NCBI GenBank assembly: GCA_002269645.1
Contig: NIVC01003911.1
Location: forward strand, 1 to 38,383
Source: Macrostomum lignano
Taxonomy: Eukaryota
Direction: 5' to 3'
DNA: 38,383 nucleotides
Both the position numbers and the translations under genes were made by a program. The notes beneath the pieces are model-generated. The model was given only the letters and a program-made list of their open reading frames with translations, made no database searches and was not told the origin of the DNA. Of this stretch, positions 19,829 through 31,669 are shown piece after piece; the stretch's first letter is position 1; every line of letters begins with the position of its first letter.

Positions 19829-22694
19829 AGTGATGGTCAGGAGAGGTTCGGAGTGATGGTCAGGAGAGGTTCGGAGTGATGGTCAGGAGAGGTTCGGAGT
19901 GATGGTCAGGAGAGGATCGGAGTGATGGTCAGGAGAGGTTCGGAGTGATGGTCAGGAGAGGTTCGGAGTGATGGTCAGGAGAGGTTCGGAGTGATGGTCA
20001 GGAGAGGTTCGGAGTGATGGTCAGGAGAGGTTCGGAGTGATGGTCAGGAGAGGATCGGAGTGATGGTCAGGAGAGGTTCGGAGTGATGGTCAGGAGAGGT
20101 CCGGAGTGATGGTCCGGAGAGGCTCAAAGTGATGGTCAGGAGAGGTTCGGAGTGATGGTCAGGAGAGGTTCGGAGTGATGGTCAGGAGAGGTCCGGAGTG
20201 ATGGTCCGAAGAGGCTCAAAGTGATGGTCAGGAGAGGTTCGGAGTGATGGTCAGGAGAGGTTCGGAGTGATGGTCAGGAGAGGTCCGGAGTGATGGTCAG
20301 GAGAGGTTCGGAGTGATGGTCAGGAGAGGTTCGGAGTGATGGTCAGGAGAGGTTTGGAGTGATGGTCAGGAGAGGTTCGGAGTGATGGTCAGGAGAGGTT
20401 CGGAGTGATGGTCAGGAGAGGTTCGGAGTGATGGTCAGGAGAGGTTCGGAGTGATGGTCAGGAGAGGTTCGGAGTGATGGTCCGGAGAGGCTCAAAGTGA
20501 TGGTCAGGAGAGGTTCGGAGTGATGGTCAGGAGAGGTTCGGAGTGATGGTCCGGAGAGGCTCAAAGTGATGGTCAGGAGAGGATCGGAGTGATGGTCAGG
20601 AGAGGTTCGGAGTGATGGTCAGGAGAGGTTCGGAGTGATGGTCAGGAGAGGTTCGGAGTGATGGTCAGGAGAGGATCGGAGTGATGGTCAGGAGAGGTTC
20701 GGAGTGATGGTCAGGAGAGGTCCGGAGTGATGGTCGGAGAGGCTCAAAGTGATGGTCAGGAGAGGTTCGGAGTGATGGTCAGGAGAGGTTCGGAGTGATG
20801 GTCAGGAGAGGCTCGGAGTGATGGTCAGGAGAGGATCGGAGTGATGGTCGGAGAGGCTCAAAGTGATGGTCAGGAGAGGTTCGGAGTGATGGTCAGGAGA
20901 GGTTCGGAGTGATGGTCAGGAGAGGTCCGGAGTGATGGTCCGGAGAGGCTCAAAGTGATGGTCAGGAGAGGTTCGGAGTGATGGTCAGGAGAGGTTCGGA
21001 GTGATGGTCAGGAGAGGTCGGAGTGATGGTCGAAGAGGCTCAAAGTGATGGTCAGGAGAGGTTCGGAGTGATGGTCAGGAGAGGTTCGGAGTGATGGTCA
21101 GGAGAGGTCGGAGTGATGGTCAGGAGAGGTTCGGAGTGATGGTCAGGAGAGGTTCGGAGTGATGGTCAGGAGAGGTTTGGAGTGATGGTCAGGAGAGGTT
21201 CGGAGTGATGGTCAGGAGAGGTTCGGAGTGATGGTCAGGAGAGGTTCGGAGTGATGGTCAGGAGAGGTTCGGAGTGATGGTCAGGAGAGGTCGGAGTGAT
21301 GGTCGGAGAGGCTCAAAGTGATGGTCAGGAGAGGTTCGGAGTGATGGTCAGGAGAGGTTCGGAGTGATGGTCAGGAGAGGCTCAAAGTGATGGTCAGGAG
21401 AGGATCGGAGTGATGGTCAGGAGAGGTTCGGAGTGATGGTCAGGAGAGGTTCGGAGTGATGGTCAGGAGAGGTTCGGAGTGATGGTCAGGAGAGGTCGGA
21501 GTGATGGTCAGGAGAGGTTCGGAGTGATGGTCAGGAGAGGTCGGAGTGATGGTCAGGAGAGGCTCGGAGTGATGGTCAGGAGAGGTTCGGAGTGATGGTC
21601 AGGAGAGGTTCGGAGTGATGGTCAGGAGAGGCTCAAAGTGATGGTCAGGAGAGGATCGGAGTGATGGTCCGGAGAGGCTCAAAGTGATGGTCAGGAGAGG
21701 TTCGGAGTGATGGTCAGGAGAGGTTCGGAGTGATGGTCAGGAGAGGTCCGGAGTGATGGTCCGGAGAGGCTCAAAGTGATGGTCAGGAGAGGTTCGGAGT
21801 GATGGTCAGGAGAGGATCGGAGTGATGGTCAGGAGAGGTTCGGAGTGATGGTCAGGAGAGGTCCGGAGTGATGGTCCGGAGAGGCTCAAAGTGATGGTCA
21901 GGAGAGGTTCGGAGTGATGGTCAGGAGAGGTTCGGAGTGATGGTCAGGAGAGGTCCGGAGTGATGGTCAGGAGAGGTTCGGAGTGATGGTCAGGAGAGGT
22001 TCGGAGTGATGGTCAGGAGAGGTTCGGAGTGATGGTCAGGAGAGGTTCGGAGTGATGGTCAGAGAGGTTCGGAGTGATGGTCAGGAGAGGATCGGAGTGA
22101 TGGTCAGGAGAGGTTCGGAGTGATGGTCAGGAGAGGATCGGAGTGATGGTCAGGAGAGGTTTGGAGTGATGGTCAGGAGAGGATCGGAGTGATGGTCAGG
22201 AGAGGTTCGGAGTGATGGTCAGGAGAGGATCGGAGTGATGGTCAGGAGAGGTTCGGAGTGATGGTCAGGAGAGGTCGGAGTGATGGTCAGGAGAGGCTCA
22301 AAGTGATGGTCAGGAGAGGTTCGGAGTGATGGTCAGGAGAGGATCGGAGTGATGGTCAGGAGAGGTTCGGAGTGATGGTCAGGAGAGGTCCGGAGTGATG
22401 GTCCGGAGAGGCTCAAAGTGATGGTCAGGAGAGGTTCGGAGTGATGGTCAGGAGAGGATCGGAGTGATGGTCAGGAGAGGTTCGGAGTGATGGTCAGGAG
22501 AGGATCGGAGTGATGGTCAGGAGAGGATCGGAGTGATGGTCAGGAGAGGTTCGGAGTGATGGTCAGGAGAGGTTCGGAGTGATGGTCAGGAGAGGTTCGG
22601 AGTGATGGTCAGGAGAGGTTTGGAGTGATGGTCAGGAGAGGATCGGAGTGATGGTCAGGAGAGGTTTGGAGTGATGGTCAGGAGAGGATCGGAG
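19829..22694. repeat. 2.9-kb satellite array, 23-bp unit GAGTGATGGTCAGGAGAGGTTCG (~124 copies)
   Basis: Continuous period-23 array with recurring variants (ATCG, TCCG, TTTG, CTCAAA). Confidence 0.98.
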
Positions 22695-23439
22695 TTGGGA
22701 TCACAAAAAATTATTTTGCTTAGGTAGACTTAGGCAGAACGCTCGTTACGTCGGACAGAACTCTCTATGTCTGTCTTCCCACCTCTCAGCACATGAACGG
22801 GCATGCCTGTACTGTCGCTATTGACAACAACTTAGAGGCGATAGGGTAATGGTCGATCACATACCTACCTACCGACAGACCATTTTTAGTATATGGACTG
22901 TGTGGGAGCCTATCTGGGGGTAATCTATCAAATGCTATCATTGTAAGAGTCGTAAAATTGAGACTTTATGGCTCAACCGGTGTTCCTCTCTCCGCCGGTA
23001 CGGAGGCTGCCTGACAACACGACCTCCCCATCGCGGTTGCTTTGGAGATGCGCGCGGATAGAAAGGTTTTCACTGCTGCTCCGTTGCTCAGGATTCAATT
23101 GCTCAAGTCGTACAGAGATGAGAAAAGTCTTTAATAGAGAAGATCCTGAGAATGTTTGAGGCAGTAGAATGCGTATTTCATCTGCATAGACATACTATCG
23201 CTGCCTGACTTAATCACAATGATTGAGGATGCAACCCGAAATAACATCTCCTTTCCTCTTACTCTTATAAGTAGGCAGGTTCTGAGTTTTTCTTCTTTAT
23301 TTATTCTGACTTGTTTTTGTTAATTTCTAGGACATTGTACTTCTTTTTTGCCGAGTACTTTCGGCAAAAAGTACTTAGCGCGCACCGTCACCCCATCCCC
23401 TATTAAATTCCCAAACGGTGACGTAAGGCCTCTGACCCC

Positions 23440-24231
23440 TCCTTCCCCCCGATGATTCATCGATGACTCATCACCCACTCTTGCCCAACCTTTTCTCATG
23501 CTATTGTTCTCTTCTCAAGATTTCTCATGCGACACCCACCCCACCTCCGCTTCTATTGTTCTCGGTTTTGATTCTTTTGTTCTCGATTTCGCACCCAATT
23601 ATCACATTTTCCTAGATTTTCTCTTTCTATTGTTATCCTTTTCGCACCCAATTAGCACCTTCTCTCCAATGTTTACTTTTCTATTGTTCTCGGTTCCCCC
23701 AATTATCCCCGATTTCCATTTCCTTTATTCTCGACCCCCGCCCTATTATTCTCCATGTTTGATTGCGCAACACTTTCTCGACCTCCCGCTGCGCCAATTA
23801 TCTCCCACCCCACCTCCGGATTGCGCAATTTCCCCATTTCTCATGTTGCTATGCCGTTCTCATGCTTCTCATCATGACTCATTCTGACGTCATTTCACCG
23901 GCAGCCAATCAGAGAGAGGGAGTCACGGAAACGACCTTGGAGCGGCGGCTGGGAAGGCTATTAAGGAAGCGGTTTTCGGCGTGAGAACCTTAACTTCGGC
24001 TCTCCTCTGGTCCTTCTTTGGACTCACTGTCAGACCCTGATCTGACCCATTCGTCTATAGGACGAATCTATGCCGGTCCACGGTCTGTTACCGCCCAGCA
24101 TCTTCAGCCTGAACTACATCAGCGCCTCGTCGCTTCAGCGCATCGCCGCTTCACAGCCTGCCCGTCTGCAGTCAACAGCCGCCCTCGGTCACTCCGTCGC
24201 TCTCTCTCTCTCTGTGCAGCTGCCGGTAAGT
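23440..24231 (+). promoter_or_regulatory. Orphan promoter-like module followed by a non-coding exon and splice donor (possibly an LTR or retroelement 5' end)
   Basis: ATGACTCAT twice (~23464, ~23873), ATTGCGCAAT (~23820), TGACGTCA (~23885), GCCAATCAG (~23903), TATA-like CTATTAAG (~23959), then CCG/GTAAGT at ~24226. No downstream ORF recognised. Confidence 0.35.
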
Positions 24232-25649
24232 TCATATTACTAATTTGTGCTCTAATTGCCTTTGCTTATCCGGGGTTTGCCTATTTTCCATTGCTTGATT
24301 AGAGAGCTGAGCCAACTGTGATACCGTATCTTTTGCTGTACTTTTACTCAATAGTGAAGCCGCCTAATTGCCTGATTATTTTGCCTAAGGGCCTAATTAT
24401 TGATATTAACGATTACTAAACTCCTCATTATTCACACTTTCACTATCATTTTATTCATGGCTTGCTAAGCCTTTATACCTGGGTGGCAAAGCATAAGGAA
24501 GTTTGGGCAAGCTAATGGCCTCTCCCGTGCAAAGCCCGCCTGTGTGTGCGTGCTGCGGGTTCGTGTGTGCGTGCAGTAGAGGGAAGTAGCGGGTCTTGGC
24601 ACAGAATGACAGTAGGAAGGTTGCAACCCCATGCTGACGCGTCCCTTCGCCCTGAGCAATCTAAACTAGAGACAGTACATGTTCGTCTCACACTACTCTT
24701 AGTAATTAAAGTCGCAAGTCAGCCTCGCTCACAGCCACAAAGGATCCCCTGCTGAGAAATCCTCCAGGATTGAGCCCAGAGTTCCCGATCATGCCCCAAG
24801 CAGAGTCCCTGTACTCGGCTGCATGCGTCTCCCCTGTTAGCCTAAATCCCCTGGTAACCAATCCAGGCGGGGCTCTAGCCTCGAGAGGTCTGGTAGTGAG
24901 ATCCAGGTGCGCCAGGTCACATAGAGTAGTGGCAGCCACTCGGTCATGCTATGACCGAGTGACCAATATTGCACCTTGGCTACAGGTGGGGTCCATGTGG
25001 GTCCTTGGCCCTCTGGTCACGAAAGCGCTACCAAAGCTATCAATTATGTGGGCGGACAGTCTGGTGCTGGAGGTCCGTCAGGTCATTGCCCGGTCATAGG
25101 CAGCCTACGGTCATGGCCCCCCTATGTTCATACGTTCGCCTCCCCGCGGAGCCTCAAAGGCGGTTACATCACTTAAATCTATCTACCCAATACCCAATCA
25201 GCACGCAGCCAGCGATTGCGAGTACATCTGCACTGAAACCCCCTGCCCGCCAAACTGGGGGTGGGTGTACTCGGACAGACTATCAATATGCTAAGTCGGG
25301 GGGGGGGGGGGTTCGTGCCACCTTTTTGGCGCACCTGCCCATGTGATCGCGTCTTCTGCATGGAAATAAATTGTAAAAAATCAAAGGTTTTCTGTACATG
25401 CAGATGGAAGCATTGAAAATAAAAAATAACACTGAAGACTTACAAAGACCACAAATAATTTAAAATAGATTAAACAGGAAAATTTTATTTTCAGTAACGT
25501 AGCAAAACATTGTTTATTTTAATAAGTTTGGAATGTATTTAAACAAATTGGTATGGACGTATGTGTTCCTTTGTCCTACAAGACTTTATAAAAGTACATC
25601 ACATCCTTTCAAAAAAATACGTATTCTCGTATAGACCATCAGCAGTCAA

Positions 25650-28600
25650 TCAGCCAAGTCGATCCAGCTGCATCACTTGCGTGGGAGGAATCTCCAGCTC
25701 CTGGTTCACCTGAAAGTTTAATATTGTAGCTCCCGTGATAAAACTCTCCCATTATTAAATTTATAAAAAAATTTTAATATATACGAATACCAATAGAGCT
25801 ATAACAAAGGCAAGTCATATCAAAATATGACCATTGGGTCTGCCTCATACCAAAAGCAATAACACATTTCGAACTGAAAAATGAAAACCTCCATTCTCTG
25901 CAATGTATTTGGGCCTCCCAAAACTTTCCATGAAACGCGTAGTTTCCCGTCCTCTTACTTGAGAAGTCCTTGACTAAATGCTATGACGATAGCGTCCTTC
26001 TACTTGAGTAGTCCTTGACTAAATGATATGACGCTAGCGTCCTTCTACTTGAGAAGTCCTTGACTAAATGCTAAGACGCTAGCGTCCTTCTACTTGAGAA
26101 GTCCTTGACTAAATGCTAAGACGCTAGCGTCCTTCTACTTGAGTAGTCCTTGGCTAAATGCTATGACGCTAGCGTCCTTCTACTTGAGTAGTCCTTGGCT
26201 AAATGCTATGACGCTAGCGTCCTTCTACTTGAGAAGTCCTTGACTAAATGCTAAGACGCTAGCGTCCTTCTACTTGAGTAGTCCTTGGCTAAATGCTAAG
26301 ACGCTAGCGTCCTTCTACTTGAGTAGTCCTTGGCTAAATGCTATGACGCTAGCGTCCTTCTACTTGAGTAGTCCTTGACTAAATGCTAAGACGCTAGCGT
26401 CCTTCTACTTGAGTAGTCCTTGGCTAAATGCTATGACGCTAGCGTCCTTCTACTTGAGTAGTCCTTGACTAAATGCTAAGACGCTAGCGTCCTTCTACTT
26501 GAGTAGTCCTTGGCTAAATGCTATGACGCTAGCGTCCTTCTACTTGAGTAGTCCTTGACTAAATGCTATGACGCTAGCGTCCTTCTACTTGAGTAGTCCT
26601 TGGCTAAATGCTATGACGCTAGCGTCCTTCTACTTGAGTAGTCCTTGACTAAATGCTAAGACGCTAGCGTCCTTCTACTTGAGTAGTCCTTGGCTAAATG
26701 CTATGACGCTAGCGTCCATCTACTTGAGTAGTCCTTGACTAAATGCTAAGACGCTAGCGTCCTTCTACTTGAGTAGTCCTTGGCTAAATGCTATGACGCT
26801 AGCGTCCTTCTACTTGAGTAGTCCTTGACTAAATGCTATGACGCTAGCGTCCTTCTACTTGAGTAGTCCTTGACTAAATGATATGACGCTAGCGTCCTTC
26901 TACTTGAGTAGTCCTTGACTAAATGCTATGGCGCGAACATCCTACATGTACTTCAGCTGTCCTCGCCCTGAGGCTGTTGCGTATTTGAACTGCTGAAACT
27001 CACCTTGGAGGTGACGTATTGCTGCAGCAGGTGCCTCAGCTCGGCATTCTGCAGCCGCAGCGCGTCTGTCTCGTTCAACAGGCTGGAACGGCTCTGCAGC
27101 ACGCTGCTGTACTTCTCCATGCCAGCCAGCAGGGCGTCCCACAGCGCCTCCTTGTCCTCATCTATCAGGCTGCCGTAGCGGGCCCAGTAAGCAGCGTCCT
27201 CTGAGTCGTCTCGCTCTTCGATATCTTTCAGGGTGAACTGCTGGCCGCCGCCTTGGCTCTGGTGCTGGCGCTGCTGGTGGCTGCGCTGCAGCTCCTGCAG
27301 TTTGTGACCGGTGGTTGGGTTTGACATTGGGCTCAAGCCTACTACTGAAGAAGGGGCCGCAGCCCAGTGATTTTGCAGCGGTCCAGGCTCGATTCCAAGT
27401 GCAGTCGCATTAATTTGAGGCTAAATTGGAATCTCGGCTTGGGTACCCGTTGGAAAATAATTGTCCCTCAACTGTGTCAAATGGCAAATGAAAAACATAT
27501 AGAAAGAAATAAAATAATAATTGTTTATTGGCAACAAAAATGGATTCATCGAGAGTTATTTATGATAGACAATCATACCGGTTAATGTGCCAATTGGCAT
27601 AGTTATGACAGTTGGCAGAATTGCAGATTTTGCTAGGACAATTATTTCTCGCCGGGTTTTCTGCTCGTGCAATTATCGCCCTTGAGGGCCAACCCCCAAG
27701 GCACAGTGAAGTGTACATGCCTAACGATAAATAAAGTTAGGGCCGCTGTACACTCCTGTGTGAGTGTGTGCCTGTGCGTATGACTGCGTAGAAATCCGTG
27801 CCTGCTCAGTGGAGTCGGCGAAATGGGCAGCAATGCCTCTCGCTGGTTGTGCGACAATGTCGCCTAAAGTGCGCCAGGGTGCACACAGCCCCCTGCTTCT
27901 ATCTTTCATGAAGCCTATTGAAGAAAAGAATATCACGCTAATCTCTTATTAGCAATAATTATAATAATCGAATTCTCACCTGAACAAAGCCGCGAAGAGC
28001 CCGTCGAACCCGGTTGGGGTGAATCAAGGTCACGCGAGACCCGTCCTTGGGCGACACGATGCGTCGAATCTCTTCGGCCGCCTCTTCGCCGGAACCCGCC
28101 TCGGAGCCTCCGCCACCTACGGCGCCCTCTTCCTCCTCCGGCTCGTCCTCCTCGTCGATGGCGCCGCTATCCTGCAGGAAGTAGGGCAGCATCTTGTCGA
28201 TCTCGTCCTCGGAGGTGATGCCCAGAGCTGAGAACACGGCGTCCAGCTGCATCAGGTTGCGCTCGTCCTTCTCCAACGGAGCCAGCAGGGTCTTCAATTT
28301 CTTCTCGATAAGAAATCCGGCCTCGTCGCAGACCAACTCGAGCACGGAGCGAACTATGGACGGGTTGAGCTCGCGGGCTGCCAGACTGCGAGCCTCATCG
28401 ACTGAGCCGAGCTGCTCGAGGCCGGGGGCGTCGCCTCCTTCGCGGCTGAGCATGTCGCGAACCACCTGCGCCACCGGGACGCTCTTGGCTCGGTCCGAGG
28501 CGCTCACCACGGGACCGACGTTGTCGAGGAAGGAGCAGTCCGGCTCCGTCCAGGGGATGCCCAGCTGCTGCTCGTGCAGGACTCGGTCAGCGTCCAGTAG

Positions 28601-31600
28601 CCGCTCGGCAAGCTTCTTCGCCTCCTCCTCGTTCATCAGCCAGATGTCGTGGAACTTCTTGCCGTCGGCGCCGAGAAGATTCTTTGCCTTCTTCATCAGG
28701 TCACGAAACTGTTCCGTGACGCGCCTGTTCAAAGTTAAAATGGAGGCGAAGTTAAAAATGGAAGTCTGGATGGATTTTTTTTACCTAGGAAACTTGCAAA
28801 TGGCTATACTCCCCATACTAGGGTCTGAGGAAGCATCTAAAGACACCCATGCTTCGTCTCTACATCGGACGAAGCACACTTTACACCTGAGCACCCGAGG
28901 AAGCAAACACATCACACCTGAGCACCCGATGAAGCACACACCTCACACCTGAGCATCCGATGAAGCACACACTTCATACCCGAGCATCCGAGGAAGCACA
29001 CACCTCACACCTGAGCATCCGAGGAAGCACACACCTCACACCTGAGCATCCGAGGAAGCAAACACCTCACACCTGAGCATCCGAGGAAGCACACACCTCA
29101 CACCTGAGCATCCGAGGAAGCACACACCTCACACCTGAGCATCCGAGGAAGCACACACCTCACACCTGAGCATCCGAGGAAGCACACACCTCACACCTGA
29201 GCATCCGAGGAAGCACACACCTCACACCTGAGCATCCAAGGAAGCACACACCTCACACCTGAGCATCCGAGGAAGCACACACCTCACACCTGAGCATCCG
29301 AGGAAGCACACATCTCACCCCTAAACACTGTAGGCAGCACATAACTAAGTTAATATCAGAACCAATAGCACGGATTAAGAAACTCACCTGTAATCTTCAG
29401 TGAGCTGCTCGTTCTGCTGCTTGAAGTCCTTCTCCTGCTTGCGCAGCTTCACTCGCAGGTTGTTCAGCGCGTCCTGCAGCCGGGTGATCCTTCGCTTTTG
29501 CAGCGATTTGGTCTGCGTGTTATCCTCTTCGCGCTTCTTCAGCACTTGAAAATTGTACTCGAGCTTCTCCAGGTTCAGCTGAAACGTAGCCTTCATCATC
29601 TGCACCTGCTGTTGCAGCCGCTCGACGTCCTGCTCGAGAGTGACCTTCAACTCGTTGAACTCCTCGGCGTGTTGGGTTCGCAGGGCGCTCAGCTGATCCT
29701 CGAAGTCGTCAACGCGGAGCTGCCTGGCCTGAAGGTACTCGTTCTGCCGGTCCACAATCTGCTTCATCAACGCCTCCCAATCCGACGTCTGTCGCTCCAT
29801 CGTGTCCTCCCGCTGTTGAACGAAAGCCTTTTCAATCTGCAGCAGCTCCTGCTTGTAGGCTCGAGTCATGGTTCGCACCTGCTCTTCCATTCGCTCCACC
29901 AGCAGGTCGATTTCTTCCGACTGTTTCTTCAACTCTTTCACGTAGAGCTCGTCTTTGGCTTTGAGCTCGAATAGCAGCTCGTTGATGAGTTTGTTCTTCT
30001 CGTCGATTAGCGAGTCGCAGCCCTCCTGCTGAGCTTGCAGCATCTCGTGCAGATCCTGAGAATATTTTAGGATATTGGATATTAGGCATCGCATGCTTAA
30101 TATCCACTTATCTGTCTTAGTGCTTGTCTCTGCGTGTGTTTTCGTCTGTGTACCTGCGTCTTCTTGCCTTTATGTCTGCCTGCCTGTCTGACTGTATGTC
30201 TCAGTGTCTCTTTGTTTGTGACAGAATCCTATTTTCTGCCTTAGTGTTTGTATGTCTGCCTGTCTGTCTGACTGTATGTCTCAGCGTCTCTTTGTTTGTG
30301 ACAGAATCCTAGTTTCTGCCTTACTGTCTGTCTGTGTCTGTCTGTCTGTTTGTCTATTCGTCTGTTTGTCTACTCAGCAAGCTCTAAAAATGCCTTTAAA
30401 TAATCCCTACCTGCGGAATCTCCTTCTGCAACGCGATCTCCCACTTCTTGGTGATGTCGTCGAACTTCTCTGTGGCGGCCTTGGCCTCGGCCTCCAGCTT
30501 CTCTCGCCGCAGTCGACGCGCCTCGTCATCCTCGATGCGGCGCGCGTTCTCTCTGGCGTCGCCAGCAACGCGGACGTTGGTGAGAAACTCGTTGCCGTCG
30601 CGCAGCAGCTTCGTGTTGCGCTGCCGGCTGGCCTCAATCTGCTTCAGGCTCTTGCTGAGCTCCTCGATCTTCACGCCCTCCTCCTCGTCTGTGCCTTCGG
30701 CCCTGGAGATTGTGTTTGGGTTAACCATGTAGGCACTTCGATTTAAACTTGTCGAACTAAGCTTTACTGTTTCTAATGAACAGTATATTTCTAAAAAAGT
30801 AGTTTTTAAAAAATTAAAACAAATTAATATTTATAAGTATCGATTTAGATTTCAATGACTTCGTTCTCTGTTATCTAAAATGTAAAAAACCTTGACAATA
30901 ATTTCTATTTTTCTAATATATCTGATAGTAGCTCATAGGAAGATAGACGGGAAATCAAATCTCCTACTTTTTAATTCTCAATTAAGCAATGTATACTATG
31001 TATGCTTTATAAATATCAAAATTATTAGTAAATTTTGTTGACAGTCTTTCAATAGCTTTTGAATTTTATGATTTTTCATTAAAATTTAAAACAGTAAAGT
31101 TTAAAATAAGCAAAGTCATTTAAATTAAGATATCAATATGTCTATGAGATATCAATAATGTCTATGAGATAAATTAATATGCTCCCACAGAATATTATAT
31201 GATAGCCAAACTAATATGATTTTGTAGTAGTTTAGTAAAGGAAAAAGCTGGGATCATTTCATGCTTAACAAAAGATAAGTTTCAAAAGCAGGTTTAAAAT
31301 TATAAGATAGTTATAAATTCTATGAACTCGTTTGCTACATAGGTGAAGTAAATGATAATTTTTTAGCATTATTGAAATGGAAAAACAAGGACTTTTATTG
31401 TTGCATAAGATTTTATAGATATATGCACAAATAAAATAAGTTGTACTGAAAAGTCGTGCACGAGAGCTAATGAAAACTATATCTGCCTTACTTAATTTTC
31501 CCATAACTTTAAATTTAAAACGCCTTTATGCAGTATTTCCGTAACCGTACCTTCTTTGTGCTTCAATGCGTCGTTCGATACGCAGACGTCTTGCTTGAAT

Positions 31601-31669
31601 TCTTTCCTGGATGTCTTCTGATTCGACTGTAGGTTCAGGCTCTTCATCTTTCTCTTGACTGTTCTTCAT
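25650..31669 (-). CDS. DRC1: Dynein regulatory complex subunit 1 (CCDC164), complete, 6 exons, 724 aa
   Basis: Exons 31669-31551, 30702-30411, 30055-29388, 28724-27980, 27294-27004 and 25709-25650. All GT-AG with consistent phases, 2175 nt including TGA. Motifs QERIQARRLRI, EKFDDITKKW, ELKAKDELYVKELKKQ, LEKLEYNFQVLKKR, IWLMNEEEAK and VNQELEIPPTQ match DRC1 (recalled). Minus-strand AATAAA at ~25518 and ~25489. Confidence 0.95.
25950..26930. repeat. 45-bp tandem minisatellite (~21 copies) in the last DRC1 intron
   Basis: Unit TACTTGAGTAGTCCTTG(A/G)CTAAATGCTA(T/A)GACGCTAGCGTCCTTC. Confidence 0.97.
27358..27905 (+). mobile_element. Dispersed repeat family, copy 3, with a nested ~213-bp TIR element (27445-27657), in DRC1 intron 4
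   Basis: Matches copies 1 and 2 on both sides of an insertion bounded by ACCCG....AAATAATTGTCC inverted repeats (18/22 identical). Confidence 0.7.
28880..29320. repeat. 31-bp tandem minisatellite (CACACCTGAGCATCCGAGGAAGCACACACCT) in DRC1 intron 3
   Basis: About 13-14 head-to-tail copies with no spacers. Confidence 0.95.
30150..30370. repeat. (TGTC)n-like low-complexity tract with an ~81-bp tandem duplication, DRC1 intron 2
   Basis: CTGACTGTATGTCTCAG.GTCTCTTTGTTTGTGACAGAATCCTA occurs at ~30187 and ~30268. Confidence 0.8.

Noticed and set aside
28880-29320. 31-bp (and 35-, 45-, 23-bp) direct repeats as possible CRISPR arrays
   Set aside because: Units are head-to-tail with no unique spacers, there are no cas genes, and the context is eukaryotic introns.
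28194-30746. Plus-strand ORFs of 150-250 aa overlapping DRC1 exons, and similar antisense ORFs over PDCD4, pol and bestrophin
   Set aside because: Shadow ORFs expected opposite GC3-rich coding exons; no recognisable domains.
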